Shown: in pieces, positions 63,898 to 64,000 of the stretch
How positions within the stretch are numbered: the stretch's first letter is position 1
Layout: every line of letters begins with the position of its first letter
Origin: the human T2T-CHM13v2.0 reference genome, Homo sapiens
Assembly (NCBI RefSeq): GCF_009914755.1
Contig: NC_060946.1
Reading direction: 5' to 3' (one strand)
DNA length: 64,000 nucleotides
Position numbers and translations under genes: made by a program
Notes under the pieces: generated by a model
What the model saw: the letters and a program-made list of their open reading frames with translations, nothing else
What the model was told of the DNA's origin: nothing
Databases searched by the model: none

Positions 63898-64000
63898 CCC
63901 TAGTTATTTCTTTCGGCTTCTTGGCAAAGCAAACAATTTAGTATTTTTCATATGAGCACATACACAAAATATTAACATATATAGAAAGTATTTGCCTAAG

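Overview
Human-type (primate) genomic DNA matching the 22q12.3 FBXO7 locus. The complete 9-exon FBXO7/PARK15 gene lies on + (ATG 16897, TGA 40425, 522 codons) with a CpG-island promoter and an alternative first exon. The last two coding exons and 3'UTR of SYN3 converge on it from the - strand (60227-59936, 55719-55587). Two probable non-coding 5' exons of the divergent neighbour (probably BPIFC) lie on - at 3471-3558 and ~6272-6380. A 5.75-kb two-LTR HERV-H provirus (44649-50398, GGGGC target duplication, His PBS) sits between FBXO7 and SYN3. The rest is Alu-rich, with MER20/MER53/Tigger1/MaLR/L1 remnants. I see no CRISPR, rRNA, intact tRNA or clearly new multi-gene system. Best leads: the HERV-H with an LTR7up-like SOX motif; a G-to-A hypermutated solo LTR; a candidate intronic-polyadenylation FBXO7 isoform and a duplicated exon 7 donor that R378G could activate; and three tiny TSD-flanked retro-insertions (twin-primed L1, polyadenylated MER41 fragment, tailless tRNA-Gln fragment). 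Repeat family names come from recalled consensus sequences and need Dfam confirmation.
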